Below, in pieces: positions 10,575 through 20,706 of a stretch of DNA of 64,000 nucleotides. A program made the translations under genes and the position numbers. Source of the stretch: an uncultured Bacteroides sp. (GTDB lineage Bacteria > Bacteroidota > Bacteroidia > Bacteroidales > Bacteroidaceae); contig CAAEVR010000164.1 in assembly GCA_900759525.1 (NCBI GenBank), forward strand, positions 2,940 to 66,939, in the 5' to 3' direction. How positions within the stretch are numbered: position 1 is the stretch's first letter; every line of letters begins with the position of its first letter. The notes beneath the pieces were generated by a model. It had not been told where the DNA came from and did no database searches. It was given only the letters and a program-made list of their open reading frames with translations.

Positions 10575-11261
10575 TTATTGTAACTTAAACGTCACAGGCA
10601 CTGTAAACTTGCAGCGTACGGGTACACCACGTTGTTTTCCAGGTTTCCATTTCGGCATGGTAGAAATAACGCGAACCGCTTCTTTGTCCAGATAAGGATC
10701 AACACCTCTTATCACGTTCACATCCACAATGCTGCCATCCTTGTTCACAACAAACTGTACAGTTACACGTCCTTGAGTTCCATTCTCTTGTGGAATGGTA
10801 GGATACTTGATATTCTTACTCAAATACTGTAAAAGACCGACTGTACCACCATTGAGAAATTGCGGATTTTCTTCCACTACTTCAAAAATCTCATCTTCTA
10901 CCGGCACATCTTCGTCCACTGTGACAGGTATGTGTTTCACTACCACATCCTCACCGGTTTCTTCCGAAGAGGCGAAATTGGTTTCTTCTACATTAGCGTC
11001 ATCATCTATTATTGTCAATACATCATTAATAGGAGTCACTTGAGGTGGAGGTGGGGGAGCAACCTCAGGCTGCCTTGTAAGAGGGATCTCCATGTCCTGT
11101 TCAAATACATTTTCAACGATACGACCGCTTGTGTCAATCTTAATATCACGCGTCCATTCAAATGCTACGAACATGAAGGCTAGTACGACTACATAACCTA
11201 CAAGTAACCACGTAGGTCTCTTGCTTTCCAAGTTTACTTTGGGTGTTTTTTTGGTTTCCAT
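10575..11261 (-). CDS. tonB: Energy transducer TonB
   Basis: N-terminal TM, PPPPP linker, C-terminal IKYP...GRVTVQFVVNKDGS...WKPGKQRG. Confidence 0.92.
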   Translation of the reverse strand: METKKTPKVNLESKRPTWLLVGYVVVLAFMFVAFEWTRDIKIDTSGRIVENVFEQDMEIPLTRQPEVAPPPPPQVTPINDVLTIIDDDANVEETNFASSEETGEDVVVKHIPVTVDEDVPVEDEIFEVVEENPQFLNGGTVGLLQYLSKNIKYPTIPQENGTQGRVTVQFVVNKDGSIVDVNVIRGVDPYLDKEAVRVISTMPKWKPGKQRGVPVRCKFTVPVTFKLQ

Positions 11262-11526
11262 AGTTTACAAATTAGTTACTATATAATGTCTTCCGTCAAG
11301 AATTCAACACTATACAGATATCGTTAGTAATACGAAAACACTTGTGGCCACTATTTTCTGTAATAAAGATAGTAAAATAGCTATTAAGTTGTTATCAGAG
11401 AGGTCTATTAATATGCTTTTTTAATATCTGTTCGAAAAAATTGCTTAGCAAAAAGATTATTTACGCTGGAATACTTAAGAATACTAAAAAAACGGCTACC
11501 TTTGCCAAATAAATCAATCATAAAAG

Positions 11527-11757
11527 ATGAAACAAACTAAATTAAGGAAAAGCGACATCATACTGCATACGCTTAACCCTTATACCCCTGAAATGCAGCG
11601 TTACCTTTCCCTCTCTAAAGAAATCGAGCAATTGATGAATAATGCGGAAGATGAAAATGACTCATGTATTCCCATTGAACTCGTAGCAGAATTCTGTGTA
11701 TTGCAAGAAGAACTTTATCAGAAAGCACTAAAAAAGAACAAAGAAGAAGCTAATTAA
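11527..11757 (+). CDS. Hypothetical protein (76 aa)
   Basis: ORF preceded by a TACCTTTG -7 box (11497-11504) and an A-rich leader. Confidence 0.6.
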   Translation: MKQTKLRKSDIILHTLNPYTPEMQRYLSLSKEIEQLMNNAEDENDSCIPIELVAEFCVLQEELYQKALKKNKEEAN

Positions 11758-11821
11758 TCTCCCATACAGTAAGAAGAACGGTGCATAGCCGACAAGGATG
11801 ACGATTATCCGCAATCTATAC

Positions 11822-11931
11822 GATCCGTACCAGATCCGTAGTTACTCCGTGTCTAAGAAATCAGATAAAATATAGAGCTGAAACAAAGCATCTACGGACT
11901 TGATACGGAGATTGCATGGAAATGCTACGAA
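11822..11931. repeat. Inverted arrays of 11-bp-phased TCCGT/ACGGA repeats
   Basis: TCCGT at 11824, 11835, 11846; ACGGA-like at 11894, 11905, 11916, 11927. Confidence 0.65.
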
Positions 11932-12017
11932 GATTTATACCTAACCGGCCACAGACTTTTTCCCAAAAGACCGATTAATTTTATAAAAAGATTGAGAGTG
12001 AAATCATGATAAAGTTG

Positions 12018-12025
12018 TATCTTTG
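12018..12025 (+). promoter_or_regulatory. Bacteroidetes sigma-A -7 element for pheS
   Basis: TATCTTTG matches TAnnTTTG, 41 nt before the ATG. Confidence 0.7.
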
Positions 12026-12066
12026 CGCCGCATTTATGTATTTCGGAAATAAATAATAACGACGAT

Positions 12067-13086
12067 ATGATAGATAAAATCAACCAGCTTCTGCAAGAAG
12101 TGGAAGCACTGAAAGCTGCCAACGCTGAGGAACTGGAAGCACTCCGCATCAAATTCCTTAGTAAAAAAGGTGCTATCAATGACTTGATGGCAGACTTCCG
12201 CAACGTGGCTGCCGAACAGAAAAAAGAAGTCGGCATGAGACTGAATGAACTGAAAAATAAGGCTCAGGAAAAGATTAATGCCCTGAAAGAACAGTTCGAA
12301 AGCCAGGAAACGGGTTGTGACGACATTGACCTCACGCGTTCCGCTTATCCGGTAAAACTGGGTACACGCCACCCGCTCACCATCGTAAAAAACGAAATCA
12401 TCGATATATTTGCACGTCTGGGCTTCAGCATTGCCGAAGGCCCGGAAATTGAGGATGACTGGCACGTATTCTCCGCATTGAATTTTGCCGAAGATCATCC
12501 CGCACGCGACATGCAGGATACTTTCTTCATTGAAGCACATCCCGACATCGTATTGCGTACGCACACTTCATCCGTACAAACGCGCGTTATGGAAGTTTCA
12601 CAACCTCCTATCCGTATCATTTGCCCGGGACGCGTATATCGTAATGAAGCTATCAGCTATCGTGCACACTGCTTTTTCCACCAGGTAGAGGCGTTGTACG
12701 TAGATAAAGACGTATCTTTCACTGACCTGAAACAGGTGTTACTGCTCTTTGCCAAAGAAATGTTCGGTGAAGATACCAAGATTCGTCTGCGTCCGTCTTA
12801 TTTCCCGTTTACGGAACCCAGTGCCGAAATGGATATCAGCTGTAACATTTGCGGCGGAAAGGGTTGCCCCTTCTGCAAACATACTGGCTGGGTAGAGATT
12901 CTGGGTTGCGGTATGGTAGACCCCAACGTATTGGAAAGTAACGGCATCGACAGCAAGGTATACAGCGGATATGCTCTTGGTATGGGTATCGAGCGTATTA
13001 CGAATCTGAAATATCAGGTGAAAGACCTTCGTATGTTCTCTGAAAACGACACAAGATTCCTGAAGGAATTCGAGGCCGCTTACTAA
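12067..13086 (+). CDS. pheS: Phenylalanine--tRNA ligase alpha subunit
   Basis: HPARDMQDTF, LRTHTSSVQ, FRPSY-like LRPSYFPFTEPS, GYALGMGIERI. Confidence 0.98.
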   Translation: MIDKINQLLQEVEALKAANAEELEALRIKFLSKKGAINDLMADFRNVAAEQKKEVGMRLNELKNKAQEKINALKEQFESQETGCDDIDLTRSAYPVKLGTRHPLTIVKNEIIDIFARLGFSIAEGPEIEDDWHVFSALNFAEDHPARDMQDTFFIEAHPDIVLRTHTSSVQTRVMEVSQPPIRIICPGRVYRNEAISYRAHCFFHQVEALYVDKDVSFTDLKQVLLLFAKEMFGEDTKIRLRPSYFPFTEPSAEMDISCNICGGKGCPFCKHTGWVEILGCGMVDPNVLESNGIDSKVYSGYALGMGIERITNLKYQVKDLRMFSENDTRFLKEFEAAY

Positions 13087-13094
13087 AATAAGTG

Positions 13095-13174
13095 GAGAGT
13101 TGAGAATTGAGAGTTGAGAGTTAGGCTGCGCTATCATGCCACAGGCAACTCTCGACTCTCAATTCTCAACTCTC
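13095..13174. repeat. Palindromic element: heptamer (TTGAGAG) arms around a GCTGCGCTAT core
   Basis: 28-bp arms at 13095-13122 and 13147-13174, one mismatch. Confidence 0.8.
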
Positions 13175-13186
13175 AATTTAATAAGA

Positions 13187-14383
13187 ATGAAAGATAAGCT
13201 TGTTACTTCCAGTTATTGTTTTATTCTCGCAGCCAACTTCCTGCTGTATTTCGGATTCTGGTTGCTGATACCGGTACTTCCCTTTTACCTGTCTGAAGTA
13301 TTCAGTGCCGGCAATTCTACAATCGGCATCATTCTTTCCTGCTACACTGTAGCTGCCTTATGTATCCGTCCTTTCTCCGGTTATTTTCTGGACAGCTTTG
13401 CACGTAAGCCTTTATATCTGATGGCTTACTTCATTTTTATGACAATGTTTGCCGGATACATCATTGCAGGCTCGCTTACACTGTTTATCATGTTCCGTAT
13501 CATACAGGGAGTATCGTTCGGAATGGTAACCGTAGGTGGCAATACAGTAGTGATTGACATCATGCCATCTTCACGACGCGGAGAAGGATTGGGATATTAC
13601 GGGCTTTCAAACAACATTGCAATGGCGGTGGGGCCGATGTCAGGATTGTTTCTGCATGATGCGGGAATGAGTTTTACTACCATATTCTGCTGTTCGCTGG
13701 GATCCTGTATGGCAGGCTTTGTTTGCGCTTCTCTTGTAAAGACTCCTTATAAACCACCCGTGAAACGGGAACCGATATCTCTCGACCGGTTCATATTACT
13801 AAAAGGTATTCCGGCAGGTATCAGCCTCTTGCTGCTTTCAATTCCTTATGGAATGACGACCAACTATGTGGCTATGTATGCCAAACAAATCGGAATTAAT
13901 GCCACCACTGGTTTTTTCTTCACTTTCATGGCGATAGGAATGGCAATTTCACGTATATTCTCCGGAAAGATTGTGGACAGAGGTAAGATAACGCAGGTTA
14001 TTTCGGCCGGACTGTATCTCGTGGTGTTCAGTTTCTTCCTACTTTCTGCATGTGTATATCTTATCAGCTGGAACAACATGGCATGCACGATTGTTTTCTT
14101 TTCCGTGGCCTTGTTGCTGGGAGTGGGTTTCGGAATTATGTTCCCCGCTTACAACACCTTGTTTGTCAACCTCGCCCCTAACAGCCAACGCGGTACTGCC
14201 ACTTCCACCTACCTGACTTCCTGGGATGTAGGCATCGGTATCGGTATGCTGGCAGGAGGATATATCGCAGAAGTCAGCTCCTTTGATAAAGCTTATTTAT
14301 TCGGAGCCTGCCTCACCATTGTATCCATGCTCTACTTCAATGGCAAAGTAGCTCCCAATTACCATAAAAATAAATTGCGATGA
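13187..14383 (+). CDS. MFS transporter
   Basis: About 12 TM segments, GYFLDSFARK motif A variant, RRGEGLGYYG. Start moved to MKDKLV because the ORF extension translates the repeat. Confidence 0.9.
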   Translation: MKDKLVTSSYCFILAANFLLYFGFWLLIPVLPFYLSEVFSAGNSTIGIILSCYTVAALCIRPFSGYFLDSFARKPLYLMAYFIFMTMFAGYIIAGSLTLFIMFRIIQGVSFGMVTVGGNTVVIDIMPSSRRGEGLGYYGLSNNIAMAVGPMSGLFLHDAGMSFTTIFCCSLGSCMAGFVCASLVKTPYKPPVKREPISLDRFILLKGIPAGISLLLLSIPYGMTTNYVAMYAKQIGINATTGFFFTFMAIGMAISRIFSGKIVDRGKITQVISAGLYLVVFSFFLLSACVYLISWNNMACTIVFFSVALLLGVGFGIMFPAYNTLFVNLAPNSQRGTATSTYLTSWDVGIGIGMLAGGYIAEVSSFDKAYLFGACLTIVSMLYFNGKVAPNYHKNKLR

Positions 14384-15054
14384 GAAAGAAAGAACGTTAT
14401 GAAAAAGTCCTTGCTTGGTTTCGGGAAAATCGTCCCGTAGCCGAAACGGAACTGCATTATGAGACCCCGTTTCAACTACTGATAGCGGTCATCCTCTCCG
14501 CCCAATGTACGGATAAACGGGTGAATATGATTGTTCCGCCACTGTATCGCGACTTCCCGACTCCGGAAGTTCTCGCTGCCAGTACTCCGGAAGTGATATA
14601 TGAATATATCCGTAGCGTGTCTTACCCCAATAACAAGGCAAAACATCTGGTAGGCATGGCGCAAATGTTGGTGAAAGACTTCAACAGCGAAGTGCCCGGC
14701 ACACTGGAAGAACTCATAAAACTCCCCGGTGTAGGACGTAAAACGGCAAACGTCATCCAATCCGTTGTATTCAACAAAGCGGCAATGGCAGTAGACACCC
14801 ATGTGTTCCGTGTAAGCCATCGCCTCGGACTGGTTTCGGACCAATGCACCACCCCGTTCAGTGTAGAAAAAGAACTGGTGAAAAACATCCCGGAAACCGA
14901 CATTCCCATTGCTCATCACTGGCTTATTTTGCACGGACGATACGTCTGCCAGGCACGCACACCACAATGTGACAACTGCGGTTTGCAATTGATGTGCAAA
15001 TATTATTGCGAGAAGTATAAAGTTAGCAAAGAGAAGCCGGAAGATAAAGAATAA
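14380..15054 (+). CDS. nth: Endonuclease III
   Basis: LIAVILSAQCTD, HhH LPGVGRKTANV, AVDTHV, C-x6-C-x2-C-x5-C Fe-S motif. Confidence 0.97.
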   Translation: MRKKERYEKVLAWFRENRPVAETELHYETPFQLLIAVILSAQCTDKRVNMIVPPLYRDFPTPEVLAASTPEVIYEYIRSVSYPNNKAKHLVGMAQMLVKDFNSEVPGTLEELIKLPGVGRKTANVIQSVVFNKAAMAVDTHVFRVSHRLGLVSDQCTTPFSVEKELVKNIPETDIPIAHHWLILHGRYVCQARTPQCDNCGLQLMCKYYCEKYKVSKEKPEDKE

Positions 15055-15144
15055 ATGACGGTTTCATAGCAAAAGAAAGAAATAAATGCTAACTTTGCGC
15101 TCACGAAAACAAATTAATAACACTTTTAAATAAAATAGAGTATT

Positions 15145-16401
15145 ATGACAATTGATCAATTCAACTTTGCCGGTAAAAAGGCATTCGTTCGTGTGGACTT
15201 CAATGTACCCTTGGACGAAAACTTCAACATTACAGATGATAACCGTATGCGTGCTGCTCTTCCTACGCTGAAGAAAATTCTGGCTGACGGTGGCAGTATA
15301 ATTATTGGTTCTCACCTCGGTCGTCCGAAAGGTCCGGCTGACAAGTTCTCTTTGAAACATATCCTGAAACATCTGTCAGATTTATTGGGTGTTGAGGTAC
15401 AATTCGCTAACGACTGTATGGGCGAAGAAGCTGCTGTAAAAGCTGCTGCTCTGCAACCGGGTGAAGTGCTGTTGCTTGAGAATCTTCGTTTCTATGCTGA
15501 AGAGGAAGGCAAACCCCGCGGTTTGGCAGAAGATGCGACAGATGAAGAAAAAGCTGCCGCCAAGAAAGCCGTAAAAGAAAGCCAGAAAGAATTCACCAAG
15601 AAATTGGCTTCTTATGCTGACTGCTACGTAAACGACGCTTTCGGTACAGCTCACCGTGCACATGCTTCTACGGCTTTGATCGCTAAATATTTCGACAAAG
15701 ACAGCAAGATGTTCGGTTACTTGATGGAGAAAGAAGTGAAAGCTGTTGATAAAGTATTGAATGACATCAAACGTCCGTTCACTGCTATCATGGGTGGTTC
15801 TAAGGTTTCTTCTAAAATCGAAATCATCGAAAACTTGCTGAGTAAGGTTGATAACCTGATCATCGCCGGTGGTATGACTTATACTTTCACTAAGGCTATG
15901 GGTGGCAAGATCGGTATTTCTATTTGCGAAGATGACAAACTGGATCTGGCTCTTGACTTGGTAGCAAAAGCTAAAGAAAAAGGTGTAAACCTGGTATTGG
16001 CTGTTGACGCTAAGATCGCTGATGCTTTCTCTAACGACGCCAACACTAAGTTCTGTCCGGTTGACCAAATTCCTGATGGTTGGGAAGGTTTGGATATCGG
16101 TCCTGAAACAGAGAAAATCTTCACAGACGTTATTAAAAACTCCAAGACTATCTTGTGGAACGGTCCGACCGGTGTATTCGAATTCGAGAACTTTACTCAT
16201 GGCTCACGTGCCGTAGGTGAAGCTATCGTAGAGGCTACCAAGAACGGTGCTTTCTCACTCGTAGGTGGTGGTGACTCTGTAGCTTGCGTAAACAAGTTCG
16301 GTTTGGCAAGCGGTGTTTCTTACGTTTCAACCGGTGGTGGTGCATTGCTCGAAGCAATCGAAGGAAAAATTCTTCCGGGTATCGCTGCTATCAACGAATA
16401 A
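15145..16401 (+). CDS. pgk: Phosphoglycerate kinase
   Basis: [47 protein letters not shown] -7 box at 15090-15097. Confidence 0.98.
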   Translation: MTIDQFNFAGKKAFVRVDFNVPLDENFNITDDNRMRAALPTLKKILADGGSIIIGSHLGRPKGPADKFSLKHILKHLSDLLGVEVQFANDCMGEEAAVKAAALQPGEVLLLENLRFYAEEEGKPRGLAEDATDEEKAAAKKAVKESQKEFTKKLASYADCYVNDAFGTAHRAHASTALIAKYFDKDSKMFGYLMEKEVKAVDKVLNDIKRPFTAIMGGSKVSSKIEIIENLLSKVDNLIIAGGMTYTFTKAMGGKIGISICEDDKLDLALDLVAKAKEKGVNLVLAVDAKIADAFSNDANTKFCPVDQIPDGWEGLDIGPETEKIFTDVIKNSKTILWNGPTGVFEFENFTHGSRAVGEAIVEATKNGAFSLVGGGDSVACVNKFGLASGVSYVSTGGGALLEAIEGKILPGIAAINE

Positions 16402-16422
16402 AAACAGACATTATCATACCCG

Positions 16423-16457
16423 AAGGCAGCTCTTTGAAAAGAAGGGTTGCCTTTTTT
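16423..16457 (+). terminator. Intrinsic terminator after pgk
   Basis: AAGGCAGCTCTT...AAGGGTTGCCTT followed by TTTT. Confidence 0.7.
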
Positions 16458-16487
16458 AATCTTATATCTTCACATCTATAAAAAATA

Positions 16488-17510
16488 ATGAAACGAATAC
16501 TGTTATCCTTCGCTTTCCTGTTCTCTGTCCTGATAGCAACGGCACAAGATGCTTGTTTAAACGACGTAGTAAACACTCTTAAAGACCGTATCAGCCTTGC
16601 CGGCTATGCACAGGTGGGATATACGTATGATGATGCCGGTGACGGTAATAATACGTTCGACATCAAGCGGGTTATCTTCATGGCACAAGGTAAAATCACC
16701 GACCGCTGGTTATGTTACTTCATGTACAGCTTTGCCAATACGGGAAAAATACTTGAAGCATACACCGAATACAAATTCCTCCCCCAACTGACCGCCCGCA
16801 TCGGACAATTCAAAACGATGTATACCATTGAAAACCCAATGTCTCCCTGCTATGTAGAACTGATCAATTGCTACGCGCAGTCTGTCAATTACCTGGCGGG
16901 TATCAACGGCAGCGATCCGTTATATGGTTCCAGCAGCGGACGCGATATGGGTCTCCTGATTTATGGAGACCTGTTCGGCAAACTGATAAATTATAATCTT
17001 GCATTGATGAACGGACAAGGCATCAATCTGAAAGACAAGAATAACCAGAAAGATATTGTAGGCAGTCTGATGGTTCATCCGCTCGACTGGCTATCCGTAG
17101 GTGGTTCTTTTGTTAAAGGAAAGGGATGCGCAGTAGCCACTTCCACTCTTAATCCGGATATACAGGTAGGTGAAAACTATACGCGTAACCGTTGGTCGGC
17201 AGGTGCAGTGATTAAGACCAAACCGGTTGATGTACGCACAGAATACCTGGCCGGAAAAGACGGACACGTGAAAAGCGACGGCTACTACGTAACGGCATCT
17301 GCACATGTATTCCCCAAAGTGGATGTCATTGCATCTTATGACTATTTTAACAAAAGCAAAGTGCTGGATGACAAGCAAACCAATTACGTAGTGGGACTGC
17401 AATACTGGTTTTATCCTAAGTGCAGAGTACAGGCGCAATATACGTACTGCAACCGCCATATCGGAGAAAACAGTAATTTATTACAAGCACAGCTGCAAGT
17501 GCGCTTCTAA
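16488..17510 (+). CDS. Outer-membrane porin (phosphate-selective porin O/P-like)
   Basis: Signal peptide, FDIKR, RIGQFK, GRDMG, alternating beta strands, C-terminal QLQVRF. Confidence 0.8.
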   Translation: MKRILLSFAFLFSVLIATAQDACLNDVVNTLKDRISLAGYAQVGYTYDDAGDGNNTFDIKRVIFMAQGKITDRWLCYFMYSFANTGKILEAYTEYKFLPQLTARIGQFKTMYTIENPMSPCYVELINCYAQSVNYLAGINGSDPLYGSSSGRDMGLLIYGDLFGKLINYNLALMNGQGINLKDKNNQKDIVGSLMVHPLDWLSVGGSFVKGKGCAVATSTLNPDIQVGENYTRNRWSAGAVIKTKPVDVRTEYLAGKDGHVKSDGYYVTASAHVFPKVDVIASYDYFNKSKVLDDKQTNYVVGLQYWFYPKCRVQAQYTYCNRHIGENSNLLQAQLQVRF

Positions 17511-17528
17511 AGAAAAACCTCACATGCT

Positions 17529-18443
17529 ATGGAATACAGCCGAATTCTGAAAGAAATATACGAAGAAATACAGCCGTATGCCCGGGAAGGCAAACCGGCA
17601 AGTTATATCCCTGAACTACTGAAAGTCAATCCTGATCGTTATGGCATCTGTCTGCGCACCATCGAAGGCAAGGAATATGCCCAGGGAGACAGTGATGAAC
17701 GTTTCGCCGTGCAGAGTATTTCAAAAGTATTTTCTCTTGCCATGAGCTTTGGCCGGATAGGTAGCGAACTTTGGAAACGCATAGGCGTAGAACCGTCCGG
17801 CAATGCATTCAACTCCATCTTTCAGCTGGAAATGGAGAAAGGAATCCCCCGCAATCCACTCATCAATGCAGGGGCATTGGTAATGGCAGACGTCTTGCTC
17901 TCAGTACTTGAATATCCGGAAAGGGAATACCTCTCTTTTGTACGGAAACTCTGTGGCAACGACACGATTCAATATAATGAAAGCATGGCTGCTTCCGAAC
18001 GGGAGTATGGATATCTGAATGCCGCCATCACCAATATGCTGAAATATCACGGCAATATAGAAAACGATATCGAGCGGGTGCTTCGCTTCTACTTCCGTCA
18101 ATGTTCCATAGGTATGAATTGCCGGGAACTGGCACATTCTTTCCTCCCCTTTGCCGATCACACAAGACCGTTCAGTTTTGATGGAACCGAACTGACGACT
18201 TCGCAGGTGAAGCGTATCAATGCCATTATGCAAACATGCGGTTTCTATGATGAAGCCGGAGAGTTTTCTTATCTGGTAGGATTACCCGGGAAAAGTGGTG
18301 TCGGTGGCGGTATCGCTGCTGTATGCCCACGCAAGTATGCAGTAGCTGTATGGAGTCCGCGACTCAATTCCAAAGGCAACTCCGTGATGGGCATGAAAGC
18401 TTTGGAATTACTGACAACCAAAACTGCTGTCAGTATTTTCTAA
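17529..18443 (+). CDS. glsA: Glutaminase
   Basis: QSISK catalytic motif, GVEPSGNAFNS, NPLINAGA, GLPGKSGVGGGI. Confidence 0.96.
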   Translation: MEYSRILKEIYEEIQPYAREGKPASYIPELLKVNPDRYGICLRTIEGKEYAQGDSDERFAVQSISKVFSLAMSFGRIGSELWKRIGVEPSGNAFNSIFQLEMEKGIPRNPLINAGALVMADVLLSVLEYPEREYLSFVRKLCGNDTIQYNESMAASEREYGYLNAAITNMLKYHGNIENDIERVLRFYFRQCSIGMNCRELAHSFLPFADHTRPFSFDGTELTTSQVKRINAIMQTCGFYDEAGEFSYLVGLPGKSGVGGGIAAVCPRKYAVAVWSPRLNSKGNSVMGMKALELLTTKTAVSIF

Positions 18444-18510
18444 GAACCTGAACTTTCTTGGCATCATTTTTGTACCTTATATTAATAAAGTATTAAAGAA
18501 AGGACTGAAT

Positions 18511-20700
18511 ATGAATGAACAATCCATCCAAAAACAATATAATCAGATAGCCAGTTTACTGGAAGATAAACGGCTGAAAGAAGCTCTCGTTCAGCTGGAT
18601 GCTTTCTTATATAATAGTAATGACTGGACCCTGCGTAACCGCCTGGAACAAATCCAGACTTCCTATCAGTATATGCTGCAATACATGAAGCTGGGAATGA
18701 AAGATCCGGAACGGCATAAATTGTATCGTCAACTATTAGCCGATACCTGGGAAATTGCCGATCAGACGCGCATCCTATTGCTGGATGAGATATCCACCCA
18801 CTACTATCATTCTTTGCGCAGAAATCCGAACCAGTTGCCGAAGGCTTATGACCTCTCTGTCCAACAGAGGATACTGGAAGGATTCTCGGACGAAATGGCT
18901 GTATCGCAGTTGGCAAACTATCAGGGTTTGGACGCTATCTTAAAACGGCATGAAGAGACACACCAGGTTATGTTTCTTACCACCTGGAGCAACAATAGCT
19001 GGACTTTGGAAGAATTTGCCCAGGCAGAAGATATGCTCCGCTCGGAAACATTACCAATCAATGATTTATGTCTGTTTGTCAGTGCTGTCACACTTAGTTT
19101 AATGGAGTGTTTCGACGAACGTAAAATCAATTGGCTGCTCGACGGACTCCGCCATCCCCATCCGCAAATCAACCAAAGGGCTTTGGTAGGACTTGTCATC
19201 ATCCTGCATTTCTACCCCACGCGCATTACACTCTACCCGGAACTGGAAGCACGCATTTCTCTTTTCAGAGAGGATCCGGACTTCAGTAAACAGGTGAACC
19301 GTGTTTACATCCAACTGCTTCGCAGCCAGGAAACCGAGAAAATAGACAAGAAGATGCGGGAAGAAATCATTCCCGAAATGATGAGGAACGTGAATATCAT
19401 GCGCAACATGAAATTCGGTTTTGAAGAAACTGATGAAAACGACCGTAATCCAGACTGGGAACAGGCTTTCGAGCAATCAGGACTGGGAGACAAAATACGA
19501 GAGATGAACGATTTACAGTTGGAAGGCGCTGATGTCTACATGAGTACATTCGCACAACTGAAAGGCTATCCTTTCTTCCGCGAACCACACAACTGGTTCT
19601 ATCCTTTCGACCGGATGCACTCCAGTATCATCCACCAGGTCGGCTTGAACCAGACGAGTGAAAGTTCTGTACTCTCTATCATTCTGCAATCCGGATTCTT
19701 CTGCAACAGTGATAAGTATTCATTCTGCTTCACCATTGCCCAACTTCCGCAAGGACAACGGGATATGATGTTAAGCCAGATGACGCCCCAGGACCAAAGT
19801 GACTTTATGGAAGAGAAGAATAGCGCCAGCCTGAAGCAATACGCAGAACGGCCTGACGTTATCAGCAACCAGTATATTCACGATTTATATCGTTTCTTCA
19901 AACTCAGCCAACGCAGATATGAGTTCCACAACATCTTCCAGGAAGAGATTGCTTTGCACCGTAATCCTGTACTGAAAGAATTGCTGAGTGCTCCCGAACT
20001 ATTGGTGGCTGTTGCCGATTTCCACTTCCGCAAAGAGCACCCTGCCGAAGCATTGGAGCTCTACCGGATATTGATAGACCGGAAACAGGCCAATGCGGAT
20101 ATTTTCCAGAAAACAGGCTTCTGCCTGCAAAAAGAGAAACGCTATCAGGAAGCTGTGGATGCTTATCTGAAAGCCGATATGCTGAAACCTGATCATTTGT
20201 GGACACTCCGCCATCTGGCTACCTGTTACCGTCAGATGAAGAATTTCGATGCCGCTCTGGAATACTACCGCCGCGTGGAAACAATTCAGCCAGAAAACCA
20301 CAATGTGTTATTCTATACCGCAAGTTGCCTGGCAGAACAGAAAAGATACGAAGATGCACTACAATACTTCTTCAAACTGGACTTTCTGGAAAACAACTGC
20401 ATGAAAGCATGGCGCGGTATCGGTTGGTGCTCATTTGTCAGTGGTAAGCATGAACAGGCTATGAAGTATTATGACAAACTTCTCGCCTCCAAACCTCTTG
20501 CAACAGATTATCTCAACGCCGGACACGTGGCATGGGTATTGGGAAATATAGAAAAAGCTGCCGGACTCTATGGTAAAGCTATGGCAGAAAGTGGCAGCAA
20601 GGACGCATTCTTGGAAATATTCGACAGAGACCGGAACAGCCTGCTCAAGCAAGGTATCGCAGCCGAGGAAATTCCATTAATGCTGGATATGATTGAATAA
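18511..20700 (+). CDS. Tetratricopeptide repeat protein
   Basis: 729 aa with C-terminal TPR repeats; FFCNSDKYS motif of a conserved Bacteroidetes family. Confidence 0.85.
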   Translation: MNEQSIQKQYNQIASLLEDKRLKEALVQLDAFLYNSNDWTLRNRLEQIQTSYQYMLQYMKLGMKDPERHKLYRQLLADTWEIADQTRILLLDEISTHYYHSLRRNPNQLPKAYDLSVQQRILEGFSDEMAVSQLANYQGLDAILKRHEETHQVMFLTTWSNNSWTLEEFAQAEDMLRSETLPINDLCLFVSAVTLSLMECFDERKINWLLDGLRHPHPQINQRALVGLVIILHFYPTRITLYPELEARISLFREDPDFSKQVNRVYIQLLRSQETEKIDKKMREEIIPEMMRNVNIMRNMKFGFEETDENDRNPDWEQAFEQSGLGDKIREMNDLQLEGADVYMSTFAQLKGYPFFREPHNWFYPFDRMHSSIIHQVGLNQTSESSVLSIILQSGFFCNSDKYSFCFTIAQLPQGQRDMMLSQMTPQDQSDFMEEKNSASLKQYAERPDVISNQYIHDLYRFFKLSQRRYEFHNIFQEEIALHRNPVLKELLSAPELLVAVADFHFRKEHPAEALELYRILIDRKQANADIFQKTGFCLQKEKRYQEAVDAYLKADMLKPDHLWTLRHLATCYRQMKNFDAALEYYRRVETIQPENHNVLFYTASCLAEQKRYEDALQYFFKLDFLENNCMKAWRGIGWCSFVSGKHEQAMKYYDKLLASKPLATDYLNAGHVAWVLGNIEKAAGLYGKAMAESGSKDAFLEIFDRDRNSLLKQGIAAEEIPLMLDMIE

Positions 20701-20706
20701 AGCCAA

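Noticed and set aside
10325..10575. tRNA-Ala as an integration site
   Set aside because: No integrase follows, and I found no duplicated tRNA 3' end in the window.
13136..13186. N-terminal extension of the MFS ORF (MPQATLDSQFSTLN)
   Set aside because: It is a translation of the heptamer repeat arm. The real start is probably 13187.
15500..15600. Charged insertion in Pgk ([23 protein letters not shown])
   Set aside because: As I recall, this is a normal feature of Bacteroidales Pgk and not novel.
15382..16200. Long antisense ORF (272 aa) within pgk; similar ones within susD (41170-42000), pheS and GH2
   Set aside because: Expected by-product of biased codon usage on the sense strand, with no protein motifs.
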